The notes under the pieces were generated by a model. That model was not told where the DNA came from and ran no database searches. It saw only the letters and a list, made by a program, of their open reading frames with translations. Of a stretch of 64,000 nt of DNA, positions 1-13,320 are shown piece by piece. Each line of letters opens with the position of its first letter. The first letter of the stretch is position 1. The position numbers and the translations under genes are program-made. This DNA comes from the human T2T-CHM13v2.0 reference genome, Homo sapiens. Location of the stretch: NCBI RefSeq assembly GCF_009914755.1, contig NC_060934.1, one strand, 5' to 3'.

Positions 1-1887
1 ATAAGTAATCATTATTACCTTCTTTATCCTCTTCCTGATTTTAACAGGATTTTCACTAATAGGAAGTAAAATAAGCTTTTGATAAAAATAACTAGCATAG
101 ATGATTAAGCAATATCCTATCACATGCACTTGTACGACTCAAAACTGCATGATAGGGGAGCAATTGGAGTCAAATTACCTGTCAGTATGTCAAGGCCAAT
201 CTGAGAGTCAGAACCCAATAAATCAGTGCTTTGGCTGTAAGGAATTTTGGTCTAGGGGTGCTTTATCTCCTAGAGGGGGCATATGGCTAGTTTGGCCAGC
301 ACAGCATCTCATATTCTAGGATCTCTCCAAGATGGTGGGAGCTCTGTAAACTGTTGAGTTGGGAGATAGGAAGTGGCCACAGCTGAGGCCCAGATCCATG
401 AAGATAAGCAATCCAAGTAATCTTTCTCTGCTGAGAAAGAGGAGCAGCTTCAAATCATTTTAGTTAATATTCAGACAACCTTAATACGAGAAGGCCATGT
501 AAATTAAAATGGAATTTCATGAAGGAAAAAAAATTCTTCCAAGCCTATTATCATGCTTCTCTCTTTATCTAAAAGTGGTTAGGAATTAAAAGTATTTTTG
601 TTTTGTTTTGCTTTAATACAGACTTCTGTCTCCCTGGCCTTTAGGCATCCTGTACCCTGATAAAGCAAGAAAAAAAATACTTCAAAGCAAAAAATCAAAA
701 TTCTGCCTTTCAAACACATCAAAGTTCAACTATGTTCCAGGATTCAGGATCCTTCATATTGGGTAGGAAACTTTATTATTCCCTCACATCAGACAGAAGC
801 CAAGTGCCCCAGGCTGAGTGAATCTCCCCATTTCCACAAAACTGTGTGATCTTGCCCAAATCTTAAGACAAGAGTGGTAAACCTCCATCATTACTGGTCA
901 AGGCCATCCGTCTGCAATCCAAAATATAAGGCCAGAACATAGAAAAGCACGGTTCACAAGAAATAATCCAGTGGAATTTTTTTTATGTAAATGAAGGCTT
1001 TAAATGGATCACCAGCCTTGTAGTCACCCAAGATTAGGAGAGACATGCATCCCTCCCCCATCCTGAGGGGGTCTGGCGCTCGCCACTCTGAATGCTCAGG
1101 AAAATGTTTCAGTCAATAAAAGCCAAACGAGGCCGATGGGCTTGATAAGTGGGAAGCCAGAAAAAGCTTTCATCCAAAGAAGTCCCAACACTTAGTCATA
1201 CAGCTCCAGACCATTTCATTTGTACATGAGTGAGTCTACTCTGACTTCCCCTTGTATTTTGCAGACAGAATTTTGTTTACAGGATCGATGAATTTATGGC
1301 CGCACACACCCACTTTTGACAGCTGACCTGTCAAGATCAGTGCCTGAAAAACTAATTTCCAGCACTATTAAACAAAACAAGTACTGCTGCTATTTGATAA
1401 GACAGCTACGGTTTTCATTCATTGCTGAGATCTGCTCTACCCAAACCAGAAATGTGGATGGAGCCAGAGGTTATAGCACAATCATCACTTGAAAGGAGAT
1501 ATATGGCCTCAAAATCTGATTATGACAAACAACTGTGCAAGAGATCAGCCAATTGGAGAATATATTTCACAAACCACTGGTCTCAGGAAAATATATTTCC
1601 CAAGTCAACCAGGATGTTCTTCAAGTTAGTGTTTCTGAGTTGTAAGATGTGGGCATTTGGGACTCTGTGGCCCTGTCCTTAATAAATGCAGGGTTATTAA
1701 CCCTAAATGGGACAGGCATCCTTTGGAAGATTGGGCTTTGTGTTCTGTAGACTAGTTATAAAGGTGTCTTAAAGTGTCATTCTCTTTTCATGGGGAGGAA
1801 GAATAGAAACGGGTGGCAATCTTACTGTTTTACAGCCCAGAGACAAAATATAACCAATTTCATATAGAGAGCATTGTAAATTCCTGC

Positions 1888-2464
1888 GAAGGGAAGGAGA
1901 GAGGAAGGGAGGAAGGAAGGAGGGATGGAGGGATGCAGGGAAGGAAAGAAGGAAGGGAGGAAGGAAGGAAGGAAGGAAGGAGAGAAGGATGGAGGGAGGG
2001 AAGGAGGGAAAGGGAGGAAGCAAGAGAAGGAAGGAAGGAGAGAAGGCAGGAGGGAGAGAAGGAGGGAGAAAGTGAAGAAGGGAGAGAGGGAGAAAGGGAG
2101 GGAGGGAGCAAGGGAAGGAAGGAGGGAGGGAGGGAAGGAGGGAAGTAGGGAGGGAGAAAGGAAAGAAGGAAGGAGAGAGGGAAGGAAGGAGAGAAGGAAG
2201 GAAGGAAGGAGAGAAGGAAGGAACGAAGGAGGGAGGGAGAAAGGAAGGAGAGAAGGAAGGAAGGAGGGAGGGAGGGACACAGGAAGAAAGGAAGGAAGGA
2301 GGGAAGGAAGGAAGGAAGCAAAGAAGGAGGGAAGGAAGGAGAGAAGGAGGGAAGGAAGGAGAGAAGGAAGGAAGGAGAGAAGGAGGGAGGAGGGGAGAGA
2401 GGGAGAAAGAGAGGGAGAGAAGGAAGAAAGAGGAAGGAAGGAAAAAAGGAAGGAATGAAGGAAA
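1888..2464 (+). repeat. GA-rich low-complexity polypurine tract ((GGAA/GGGA/GAGAA)n)
   Basis: ~575 bp of almost pure A/G built from GGAA, GGGA and GGAGAGAA units. It accounts for the E/G/R/K-rich and P/S/L/F-rich ORFs in the track. Confidence 0.95.
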
Positions 2465-3756
2465 TAACCCCAAATCTCATGCTTAATAATATCCAACAAG
2501 ACAATGGATCAATAAGCTACACTGTCACAATTTTACAGCTCAGTTGGTAAGCTTGTCTCAAGGTAGTATTGGAAGGCAAAAGGTGAAGATTTTATGGCCA
2601 TGTCTATCAGACCTCATCTGAAATCCCATAAGAGCTATGTTCTCATCAACCAGTGACTGCCATGATCTGAGTGCAGATGGCCCCAGCCTCAATGATGATG
2701 GCCATAGTGGGTCTGTCATTATGTCAGTGCATGGGCTTTTCTAAAACAATAAGTCATCTACTAGGGTTTTTTTTCTTTGTTTACTTCTATTGGAAAGCAA
2801 ATGGGCTCAGAGTATGTTTCAAAGGATCACAGCCTTAAATAGGGGTAAGGTGAAAGGGAACTCACTATCTTGAATCAGCTTGATTTGGACATTCGGCCAG
2901 CACTGATATCAGATAATCCATTGCAAGCCTTAACCTTCAGCTAAATGCAGGAACAACATGTTTAGATACAAACACAGCACCTTGGAAGGAGAGTGTGAAC
3001 ATCTGAGGGTAGAATATTAATATTGGTAGCCAGGATTCCTGAAGTAAGGTATAACTTGAGAGGTCATTTTGGGAATCCCAGCATATCAGAGCCAATGAAC
3101 CTGGGCCTTGGAGGGTATGAGTCACAGGAGTTGGCAGTCAGAACCTAGTTAATACACCCACTGAGGAAGAGGCTAGGACCACTCTTGAACATCTCAGGCA
3201 TGTGTATAGGAAGGAGTGATTATCGCTGTCTGAGATGGAGAGAATTGAGAGTATCCATCTCAGTTAGGACCTTTGCACAAGGAATTGAGCCTTTGGTGAA
3301 AGACATACTTTCTTAAAAACAAGTCCTAGAAGGATGTGTGTTAAGTGTCCAGAGGACAGAGCTGTAAGAAACTAAAAGAAGAGTGAAATGGAAAGGAGAG
3401 CTATCATATACAGGGGCTTTTGAAAAACCTTTAGCAAGGATGGGGAAAAGATACTTCCCAGTGGTGCTGGAGAGAAAGGCAATGAAAACCAGCAGAAATA
3501 CCTTCTGCACTGGCAAGAGATCAGTCATAATGAAGGCAATGGAAATGCTCAAGCTCTAGCTTCTACTACCTTAAAGCCCAGGCCACAATGGTCTCAGTGG
3601 GCTCACACAGGATAAAAGGACTGACCAACTCCAATAATGCCATCAGTGGAGACTTTTGTCATATTAAGAGCAAGGATGGAGGCAGGCAGTTCCACTTCTG
3701 CTTAAGATATAGAAAGGAGCGAGAGGATTTTTGAACAACAACAACAGTAAAGCCAG

Positions 3757-3787
<31 letters not shown>

Positions 3788-3907
3788 CATATATGGTTAT
3801 ATATATATATATATAACATACATGTTTATATATATATAACCATGTATTATATTCATATATATACAACCATATATATATGTATAACCATACATATATACAT
3901 ATATATA
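3757..3907. repeat. Interrupted (TA)n / AT-rich simple repeat
   Basis: Long TA runs interrupted by AAC, CAT and GGTT motifs. Confidence 0.9.
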
Positions 3908-4209
3908 AAGTTAGCCTATAAGAAACTTGCAATTGCAAAACCACCCTTTGAACTGAATTTCAAATGGTACAAAACCACTCCAAGGAGAGACAGGATGCAA
4001 GAAGTGTTTCTGCTCTATGGCAGAGCATGGATCAAAAGCAGGTGGTAGTTATTAAAGTGGGTAAGAAGAAAAAACCCTGGAATTTTAACAATCTTAAAGG
4101 TCAGATGTGGGCCAGCAGGACAGTCAGGATCCCCGGGCCCTAGACTCAAGGGAGGCCACATCTACTCATCAGCTCTTCTCCACCAAACCTCCACTGGATG
4201 GAGCAGGAA

Positions 4210-5115
4210 AAAGAAAAATATAAGCTACCATCCAAAAGTTATAGGAAAATATCAAAGATGTGTGTACCCAATAAAGGATATGTATCAGGTATACATAAAG
4301 AAAACTTACAAACAACTCATTTTTAAAAATACAGAAAGGACTTATTTTTCCAAAGAGGAAGACATGTGATAGGCCAATATGCACATGAAAACATACATGC
4401 TCCATATCATGAGTCATCAGGGAACTGCAAAGTAAGGTCACAAGGCAGTACACTAAACCTCACTAGAATGGCTAAAATCAAAGACTGATGTTACCAAGTG
4501 TCACTGAGAATCTGGCAGGCAAAATCTGCAGCCACATTGGAAGACACTTCGGCAATTTCCTATAAAGTTAAACATATGATGTTAAGCCCAGCAATTCCAC
4601 TCCTAGACATTACATAAGGGAGATGTAAACCGTGTCCATACAAAGGTCCATATGTGAATGTTCATTGAAGCTTTATTCATAATAGCCAAAAAATTGAAAC
4701 TCTCCAAATGTGGATCAGCTGGTGAATAGATAAACAAAGTGTGAGATATTTACACAACAGAGTACTACTCAGCAATAAAAAGCAACAAGCAACTGACACA
4801 CACAACAACATGGATAAAGCTCAAAAGCATTACGCCAAGTGAATGAAGCCAGACATAGGAGACTGCGTGCTTTACGATGCTGTTAATATGGCATTCTCGC
4901 AAAGGCAATATTATAGGTACTGAAAATAGATCAATGTTTGTCTGGAGGTGGGGATGGGAGAAGGGTATCAAATGCAAAGAGGAAGGTGGGACATTTGGGG
5001 CTAATGGAAGTGTTCTATATTTTGAATGGCCTGGTGCTTACATTACCATATACATTTGTCAGAGCTGATCAAACACCATATACCTCAAATGGATAGATTT
5101 ATTGCACATACTAAA
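4210..5115 (+). mobile_element. Ancient LINE-1 (L1M-type) ORF2 end and 3'UTR fragment
   Basis: Degenerate L1 motifs: CACTAGAATGGCTAAAAT, CCCAGCAATTCCACTCCTAG, TTTATTCATAATAGCCAAAA, TACTACTCAGCAATAAAAAG. Confidence 0.8.
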
Positions 5116-5408
5116 TAAACCATATGGTTTATTTAGATACAAGTATGTGCAATAAATCCAGCCATCTGAAATCATTATGTATAAAATCATTATATATATA
5201 TATGGCACATACTTGTATTTAAATATAGTTAAGGTTTATTTAGATACAAATATGTGCCATACACACAAACACACACACACATACAATGATTTGTTAAATG
5301 ATGGGCCATGTGCTGAGGAGGTAGGTAGTGGCACTAACCTGTCACATGACTAAACGATGACCTATTGGCAAGGATGATAAGAGAAAATGATTGCCAAAAT
5401 AACATTAT

Positions 5409-5721
5409 GGCCGGGCACAGTGGCTCATGCCTGTAATCCTAACAACTTGTGAGGCTAAGGCAAGAGAATCACTTGAGCCCAGGAGATTGAGACCAACCCA
5501 GGCAACATGGCAAGACTCCATCTCTAAAAATAAACAAATAAAAAAAACAGCCAGGCATTGTGTCATGCACCTGTAGTCCCAGATACTCAGGAAGTTGAGG
5601 TGGGAGGATCACTTGAGCCCAGGAGTTCCAGTCTGCAGTGAGCCATGATTGAGCCACTGTACTCAAGCCTGGGTGACAGAGTAAGACTTCAACTCAACTC
5701 AAAACAAAACAAAACAAAACA
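5409..5721 (+). mobile_element. AluJ SINE with (CAAAA)n tail
   Basis: GGCCGGGCACAGTGGCTCATGCC start, dimeric structure, J-type TTGAGCCCAGGAG in both arms. TSD AAAATAACATTAT at 5396-5408 and 5722-5734. Confidence 0.95.
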
Positions 5722-5799
5722 AAAATAACATTATGATCAATTTTAGTACTCTCAGGTGACTGTGCTTTAATTACATGGAGCTAGATGGTATCAAGTGGC

Positions 5800-6160
5800 C
5801 AAAAAATTATCGATCTCAAAGAACTAGATGCATCATTGTAAGGGTTTAGGAAGAATATAAGTACAGTTTTAACTGCAAATAGCTCCATGGTGTGTGGGGG
5901 GAAAAATAGATTACATAACATTATATATAGTATGATCCAACTTTTTAAAAGCTTATTTCTTTTTGTGAGATGGTGCACATATAAGCTTAAGCTCAAAGGT
6001 AGTTATAAGTAGCTGTTTCTGGCATTGGGTAGAGCAATGGGATTATAAGGAATGTTCATCTCTTGCACTACACTGTACTATAAGGTTTGAACTGTTTTAC
6101 CTAGAGGAAGCATTGTTTTTATAATCAGAAGAAAAATGATAAAGCAATTTTCATTTTGAA
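5800..6160 (+). mobile_element. Probable L1ME-type 3'UTR relic
   Basis: TATAGTATGATCCAACTTTT and TTTTATAATCAGAAGAAAAATGATAAAG resemble old L1ME 3' ends. Confidence 0.45.
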
Positions 6161-6824
6161 ACTGCAGTGCAATCTAGCTTATGACTGTAATGTTGATTTC
6201 GTACCTCTCTTTAATTGTTTCAGGTGTATTGGTTTTTTTCTCTCTAAATAAACTGCAAGTTCCAGCAAAGGCATTCTCTATAGTGGGACAAGCCAGGCTG
6301 GAATTCTGTTTCTTCCACAGATGAGCTTGGGGACCTTCGGCAAATTGTGAACTGGTCATATTTGTTCTCTGGGCTCAAGTGTCTTCATGTGTTGCAAGTT
6401 CCATCAGATATTAGTTATTGTTATTAATAATATGATCTCTCCTCTTAAGTCTCTATTATGCTCAGGCTCATACTAGCAGATTAAGAGATTCTTGTTGGTT
6501 TTAATTGACCCGAATTAATGACCCTATGTACACTATACCTCAGTCTGAAGTCTGACAAGACACTTCTGACAGTCAATTCTATGAGTTCTTACATAGAAAA
6601 AAGTGGCAGGTGTCTCCCATTACACTCTCTCAAACTCTGGACTGGCTCCTCTCTCTGGAACATCGTTCCCTTCCTTTGTCCTCTGCCTCCTACTCATCCT
6701 TTCAATATCATTCTAGAGATTTTTCCTTGTACCTCCAGGAAGTACAAGGTAGTTATAAGTAGCTGTCTCCCTTGGGTGAGCCCATGATATCCTGACCATA
6801 CCCCTGTGGAAATGCCTTTCATAA

Positions 6825-7177
<353 letters not shown>

Positions 7178-7514
7178 TAAGGCAGAGACCATCTCTTCTT
7201 CATTTTGATTTGCTCAATAAAATCTTGTTTGAAAAACTAATAATATTGATCATCTTCTGGGTGCTTCCTCATTAAATGGCTGGAATTTCATTCTTTTCTT
7301 AGACTCAGGGTCCCAGATTATGCCTCATATTTGAAGCTCTGCAAAAGGTTTTCTCACTCAGTGCTGATTTACTTAGAGTGGTTGAAAGTTCCTGGGTTGG
7401 ATTTTGTCTTTTGCATGATTTTGTGTTGGAAACTTACTTTAAGACTTCTAGTCATGGTAAAGTATTTGAATAATAAATATATATTTTTTTAAACTCGCTT
7501 GATATGTCTTTACC

Positions 7515-7651
7515 ACTAGGCCCCTGTTAGTGTGTGGTCAGTGGGCCAGGAGCATTGCAGCATGTCTCCATCCCACATCTACTGAATTAGTTTCTGCATT
7601 TTGACAAGAGTCCCAGAAGAACATAGGCACAGTAAAGTCGGAGAAGAACAG
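7515..7651. mobile_element. MER5A-like hAT-Charlie MITE relic
   Basis: CTACTGAATTAG..TCTGCATTTTGACAAGAGTCCCAG..CACAGTAAAGTCGGAGAAG resembles MER5A. Confidence 0.6.
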
Positions 7652-7689
7652 TTTCTATATCAGGGTACCATCATTTTTTGCTTGGGACC

Positions 7690-8315
7690 TTTATGAGCTG
7701 CCTTAACTATCCTTCAGTTTCTTTTTTATGCACTCCCTATCTAAGCCTCCCTCAATCCAGCTGCCAGGTTTCTCTTTTTCTTTAAGAAAATTGCTTTATT
7801 TCATTCTTCTCAAAATTCTCAAGTGGTTTTCAACTACAGTTGGGTCCTCCTTTTCATGGCCTGTAAGACTCACCAAGACCTGATCCATGTCTGCCTTTAA
7901 CCCCAACCATCACACTTTCTACCTCGCTCACTACACCCCACCGACACTGGCCACCTTTCACTTTCTCTTTCAAGCCAAGGTCCTTCCTGATTAGGAACTT
8001 TGTGTATATCCTTCACGTTCCCAATAAATCTTATCTCTGACATTCACATCTCATGGTTGGCTCTTTCTCATCTGGTGGGTCTTGCCTGATGAGGTTTAAT
8101 CTTGATAAAGGCCTTCTCAGGTTCAATCTTCCTAAGTATTTTAATATTTTTAAACACAAGACCTTGCTATTTTCTTCATACTTCTCAAATATTGAAACTG
8201 TGAAAAGCACCTTCCACGATAGGGAGGATGTCTATTTTGCTCACCAGCATCCACTAAACATCTGACACACTTTCTGGCACGTGGCATGCACTTAACAAAT
8301 TATTTGTTGAATCAG
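7690..8315 (+). mobile_element. L2 LINE 3' fragment
   Basis: Ends in the typical L2 tail CTGGCACGTGGCATGCACTTAACAAATTATTTGTTGAAT. Confidence 0.65.
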
Positions 8316-8364
8316 GAAATAAATTAAAGAACTAGTTGATGGATAGTTCTTTAACTATTCCATA

Positions 8365-8532
8365 AAGGACCATGTTTACCATACAGTAAATATTTTAAGT
8401 TGTCTGGGCCATATGGTCTCTGTGGTCAACTACTCCACACATTGAGTAGTGGAGTTGGGTTCTAGTAGACTTTACTTAGAAATTAAGCGGCAGGCTGCAT
8501 TGGGCCCAAGGGCCATAGTTCGTTAATTCCTG
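8365..8532. mobile_element. MER58A-like hAT-Charlie element
   Basis: AGTAAATATTTTAAG..GGGCCATATGGTCTCTGT..CAACTACTC and terminal GGGCCATAGTT..CCTG. Confidence 0.65.
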
Positions 8533-8778
8533 AATGTTGATACCTTTATTATATTGTTCCCACTGCCTAGAATGTTCTTGCTTCAATTACATATTTAAAA
8601 GCACTACCTTTCTTTCAAGGTTCAATTGTCACTTTAAAAAAATTGTTTAATTGCCCTGTTTTCAGGAAACCCCATTTTATCTCTCCAACTAGAAGTGACA
8701 GATCCTCCTGCATCTTTAACGCATTATGCTTACCCATTTTCACGGCACTGATCACATTCATATTTCCCTGACAGTTCC

Positions 8779-9581
8779 TGCAGCAGATTGTATTTTCTAA
8801 AGATGGTTGTGACAATATTCCCCATCCCACATGCTCTTCTGTAATGTGACTTCTCCACCTCCTATCAGGAAGAGAAGTCTAATTACTCTTCCTTTAAATC
8901 TGGGCTGAATCTGATGCTGTATGTCTTTGGGACTAGGTCAGAAAGGGCCATACAGTGTCTGCTTAGTTCTCTTGAGATACTTGCTCTAGGACAAAGCTTT
9001 TCAACCTGACACTATTGGCATTTGGGGCCAGATAATTATTTGTGGGTTGGGTGTGGGGGCTATTCTGTGCATTGCAGGATGTTTAGTGGCATCCTTGACC
9101 TCTGCCAACTAGATGCCAGTAGTGCCTCTCCCCCGACTCCCCGGCCCCCCACCAGTGTGATAACCAAAAATATCTCCAGACATTGCCAAAAACCCTTGGA
9201 GGATAGAATTATGCAGCCCCCCCCCCCCCCACCACCCATTGAGAACCAATTATCTAGGAGAATCCAGCTGCCCGCAAAAAGTACAGTAACCCTGAGACCA
9301 CCATGCTGGAGAGACCACCTGTGGGTCCCACATGGATCCCATATGTGTCCAGCCTTCCAATCACCTCTGCCAAAGCACTAGACATGTGAGTGAATCCATC
9401 TTAGACCCTTAAGACAGGTGCATAAACTAGCTGAGTGTCATTGAGTGACTTTAGTTAACATTAGAAGAATCCCAAAGACAAGCCCTGACCAAATTTCTGA
9501 CATACAGAATCCATTAGACATTTATAAATTATTATTTTACAAAATTTGGGGTTGTCATGCAGTAATAGTAACTTGAAAAGA
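8779..9581 (+). mobile_element. MLT1 (G/H-like, ERVL-MaLR) 5' LTR, interrupted by MER20
   Basis: Start TGCAGCAGATTGTATTTTCTAAAGATGG..CCCATCCCACATGCTCTTCT. End TTTGGGGTTGTCATGCAGTAATAG-TAAC. Confidence 0.75.
8992..9251. mobile_element. MER20 hAT-Charlie MITE
   Basis: Core GCATTGCAGGATGTTTAGTGGCATCC..CTAGATGCCAGTAG..CCAAAAATATCTCCAGACATTGCCAAA. TIR TTGAGAACCA. 8-bp TSD CTCTAGGA (8984-8991) / ATCTAGGA (9252-9259). Confidence 0.9.
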
Positions 9582-9768
9582 AGTTGGTCCTGGAAATACA
9601 GTGTTACAATAAAAAAATATAAAATATGTGGAATTGGCTTTGAGACTGTGTCTAGGAAGGAAGATAGGAGAACCTTAAGGAGACTTTTAGTGGAACCAAA
9701 ACTCAAGAAAACTACTGTAGGAGTTTAGGGGAAAATATTGGAAGCTGAAAAAGAAGCTACTTTTGTTA

Positions 9769-9847
9769 TTAGGTTGATGAGAAAGTAATTGTGGTTTCTG
9801 CCATTAAAGTCATGGTAAAAGCCACAATTAATTTTGCACGAACCTAA
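9769..9847. mobile_element. MADE1 (Hsmar1-derived mariner MITE)
   Basis: 79-bp palindromic TTAGGTTGATGAGAAAGTAATTGTGG...CCACAATTAATTTTGCACGAACCTAA, flanked by TA on both sides. Confidence 0.9.
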
Positions 9848-10446
9848 TATCTAGTGGCAGAAAATTTTAGAAATTTTTCACATGCAGTAATATGGAAAGT
9901 AGAAAATCTATTTAATAAACTGGTGAATCTAACTACTGAAGTGTCCAGGCAGAAATTTGAATGATCCTTTGGTTTCTCTTAATTGCATGTCATAATGCAT
10001 GCATAGGTGCATAGATAGTTCATAGATTAAGTAAAGAAGGGATTCTGTTTTCAAGCAGAATTTAAATAAAGTATATAGAAGATAGAAGCCAAGATTTGTT
10101 GGATTCAAAAATAAAATATTTTTTATTCTCAGTGTTTTCTAGCAGAAAATTCCAAAATAAGAGAGGTTCTCAATGCAAAGATCAACTCCTGCAGACTAGC
10201 CAGAAAATGTGGACCCATGAAATGAAGGGTATACCTGTAAACCCTTTCTTAAGACTTCATACATATTTAAAATGCTGCCTTGAAGACTTCTCAGAAAGAC
10301 AAAAGACCTTCTATAGTCTTAAAGATGTACCTCACAGACCTTCTCTGTTAGACAACAGAAATTCTAAAAATCCCTAGGAGCCTGTTTGGGAATTCAAGCT
10401 AAAGAAGAGACTGTCAGAAATATTTGCAAGTGTGGCTTTTATCTAA

Positions 10447-11852
<1,406 letters not shown>

Positions 11853-12461
11853 GTAATTGTAGTGTCACAAACATGACCAGGTTAGACAAAATGGGTTAGA
11901 GACAATGCAGAATAAGAGAGACATTTAGATCCCTGAAGTATGGGAAGGAAATCAGCTGCAAAAAGAATCTACATTTTTTTCTCTCGAAAAGTAAGGATGA
12001 TTTGGGAAGAATCAAGAGCTCAAAGAGTAGAGTGAAGAAACAAAGAAGCAGTAACAAGTTTTAATTGAGGAGTTAACGACATGAGACATGAATAGCTGGA
12101 TATGAAAATTGGTATTGACCAGTGATCACTATGTGCTTTCCAACTACTCCTCCTTACAAATGGTAATCCTTATTGCAGTTATCCTATCACTGCCTTACCT
12201 TCATATATTGATTGCAAGGGAGTTATATCATTTGTCTCTTTGGATTTAGGTATTCAGGTTGAAAACCATACTTGGGGAGATGTATCCAAGAATCTGTACT
12301 CAAAGAGCTTCATCTGTACCTCAACCTGACTTAGATGATAAGATCCTAGACTTTGGGTCAATGGCCTAAATGGTACGAGTCTTTGGGGTCCTTTAGAGAG
12401 GGAGTTGAGAGTATTTTTTCCATTCGAGAGGGGTGTGAACCATTATAGCCATCAGAAGCAG

Positions 12462-13015
12462 GATAGCAGGTTGCATGTTCCAAGTCTAGCAATAACATCA
12501 TCCTATGCTCTTCTAGAAAGTGACCTTGTCGCTTCCACATTTACATACAAAGCCTAACCTCACCCCTCTCCCTTCAATATTGATTGGTTTTATTTGTAAT
12601 TTCTAATTGTTGTGGAGGTGACATTTTGTGACTTCTGAGTCTACATTCTAAATGGCCTTCAATTTCCACTTATGACCGTTGCACTGGGGCAAGCCAGCCA
12701 CCATATAAGAGATTCAACAGCTTGAGATCAGCATGCTGAAGAGGCTACATGTAGATGTCCTGGAAGATAGTTCCAGATGATCTCAGTCTTTCAGTAACTC
12801 CCACCAAGGTACCAGGCATGCAAGTGAAGCCCTCTTGAACCCTCCTGAGTACAGCTAAGTGACCTCAGTTAAAGTCACCCATCCAATCCTGCAGAATCTA
12901 TGATATATAATAAAATAAAACATGATGAATATTATATAAAATAATATAATAAAATTATTGCTCTCTTAAGCTGTTAAATGTTGGGGTCATTTGTTAATGC
13001 ATCAATAATAACAGT
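12462..13015 (+). mobile_element. MLT1 3' LTR
   Basis: Parallels the 8779 LTR: TATGCTCTTCTAG..GTGAC, CATGCTGAAGAGGCTACATGTAG, GTGACCTCAGTTAA, and end TTGGGGTCATTTGTTAATGCATCAATA-ATAAC. Confidence 0.7.
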
Positions 13016-13139
13016 TTCTCATGCATTTGCCTTTATGCTCATCTTAAAAGCCTGGGCTGGTTTATTCCTCTCTGTATTCCCACAGCATCTAAAATGCTGC
13101 CTCCCATACAGTAGGTGAACTTGTTTACATTCAACAAAG

Positions 13140-13320
13140 TATTGTCACACATAATATCTCATTTGAGTGTCACCAACACTTTGTGAGTTAAACAGAACAG
13201 AAATTTTTATCCTCAATTTTGCTGGTGGAGAGACTTGAGGCTCAGAACGGTTAGGTGATTTGTGTCAATTAAATAATCCAGAGAGCCTGTAAACTCAGAA
13301 CTTCTGAATCAAAGCCCATG
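13140..13320 (-). mobile_element. MIR SINE
   Basis: TTATCCTCAATTTTGCTGGTGGAGAGACTTGAGGCTCAGAACGGTTAGGTGATTTG is the reverse-strand MIR core. Confidence 0.7.

Noticed and set aside
1241-1282. Branch point, pyrimidine tract and CAG acceptor-like signal
   Set aside because: No matching donor or coding frame that I can support. Such motifs are common by chance.
1769-2504. Five overlapping ORFs of 111-234 aa
   Set aside because: Artefacts of the stop-free GA-rich repeat, giving low-complexity translations on both strands.
3230-3263. 10-bp inverted repeat CTGAGATGGA / TCCATCTCAG
   Set aside because: Isolated short stem, expected about once by chance in 64 kb.
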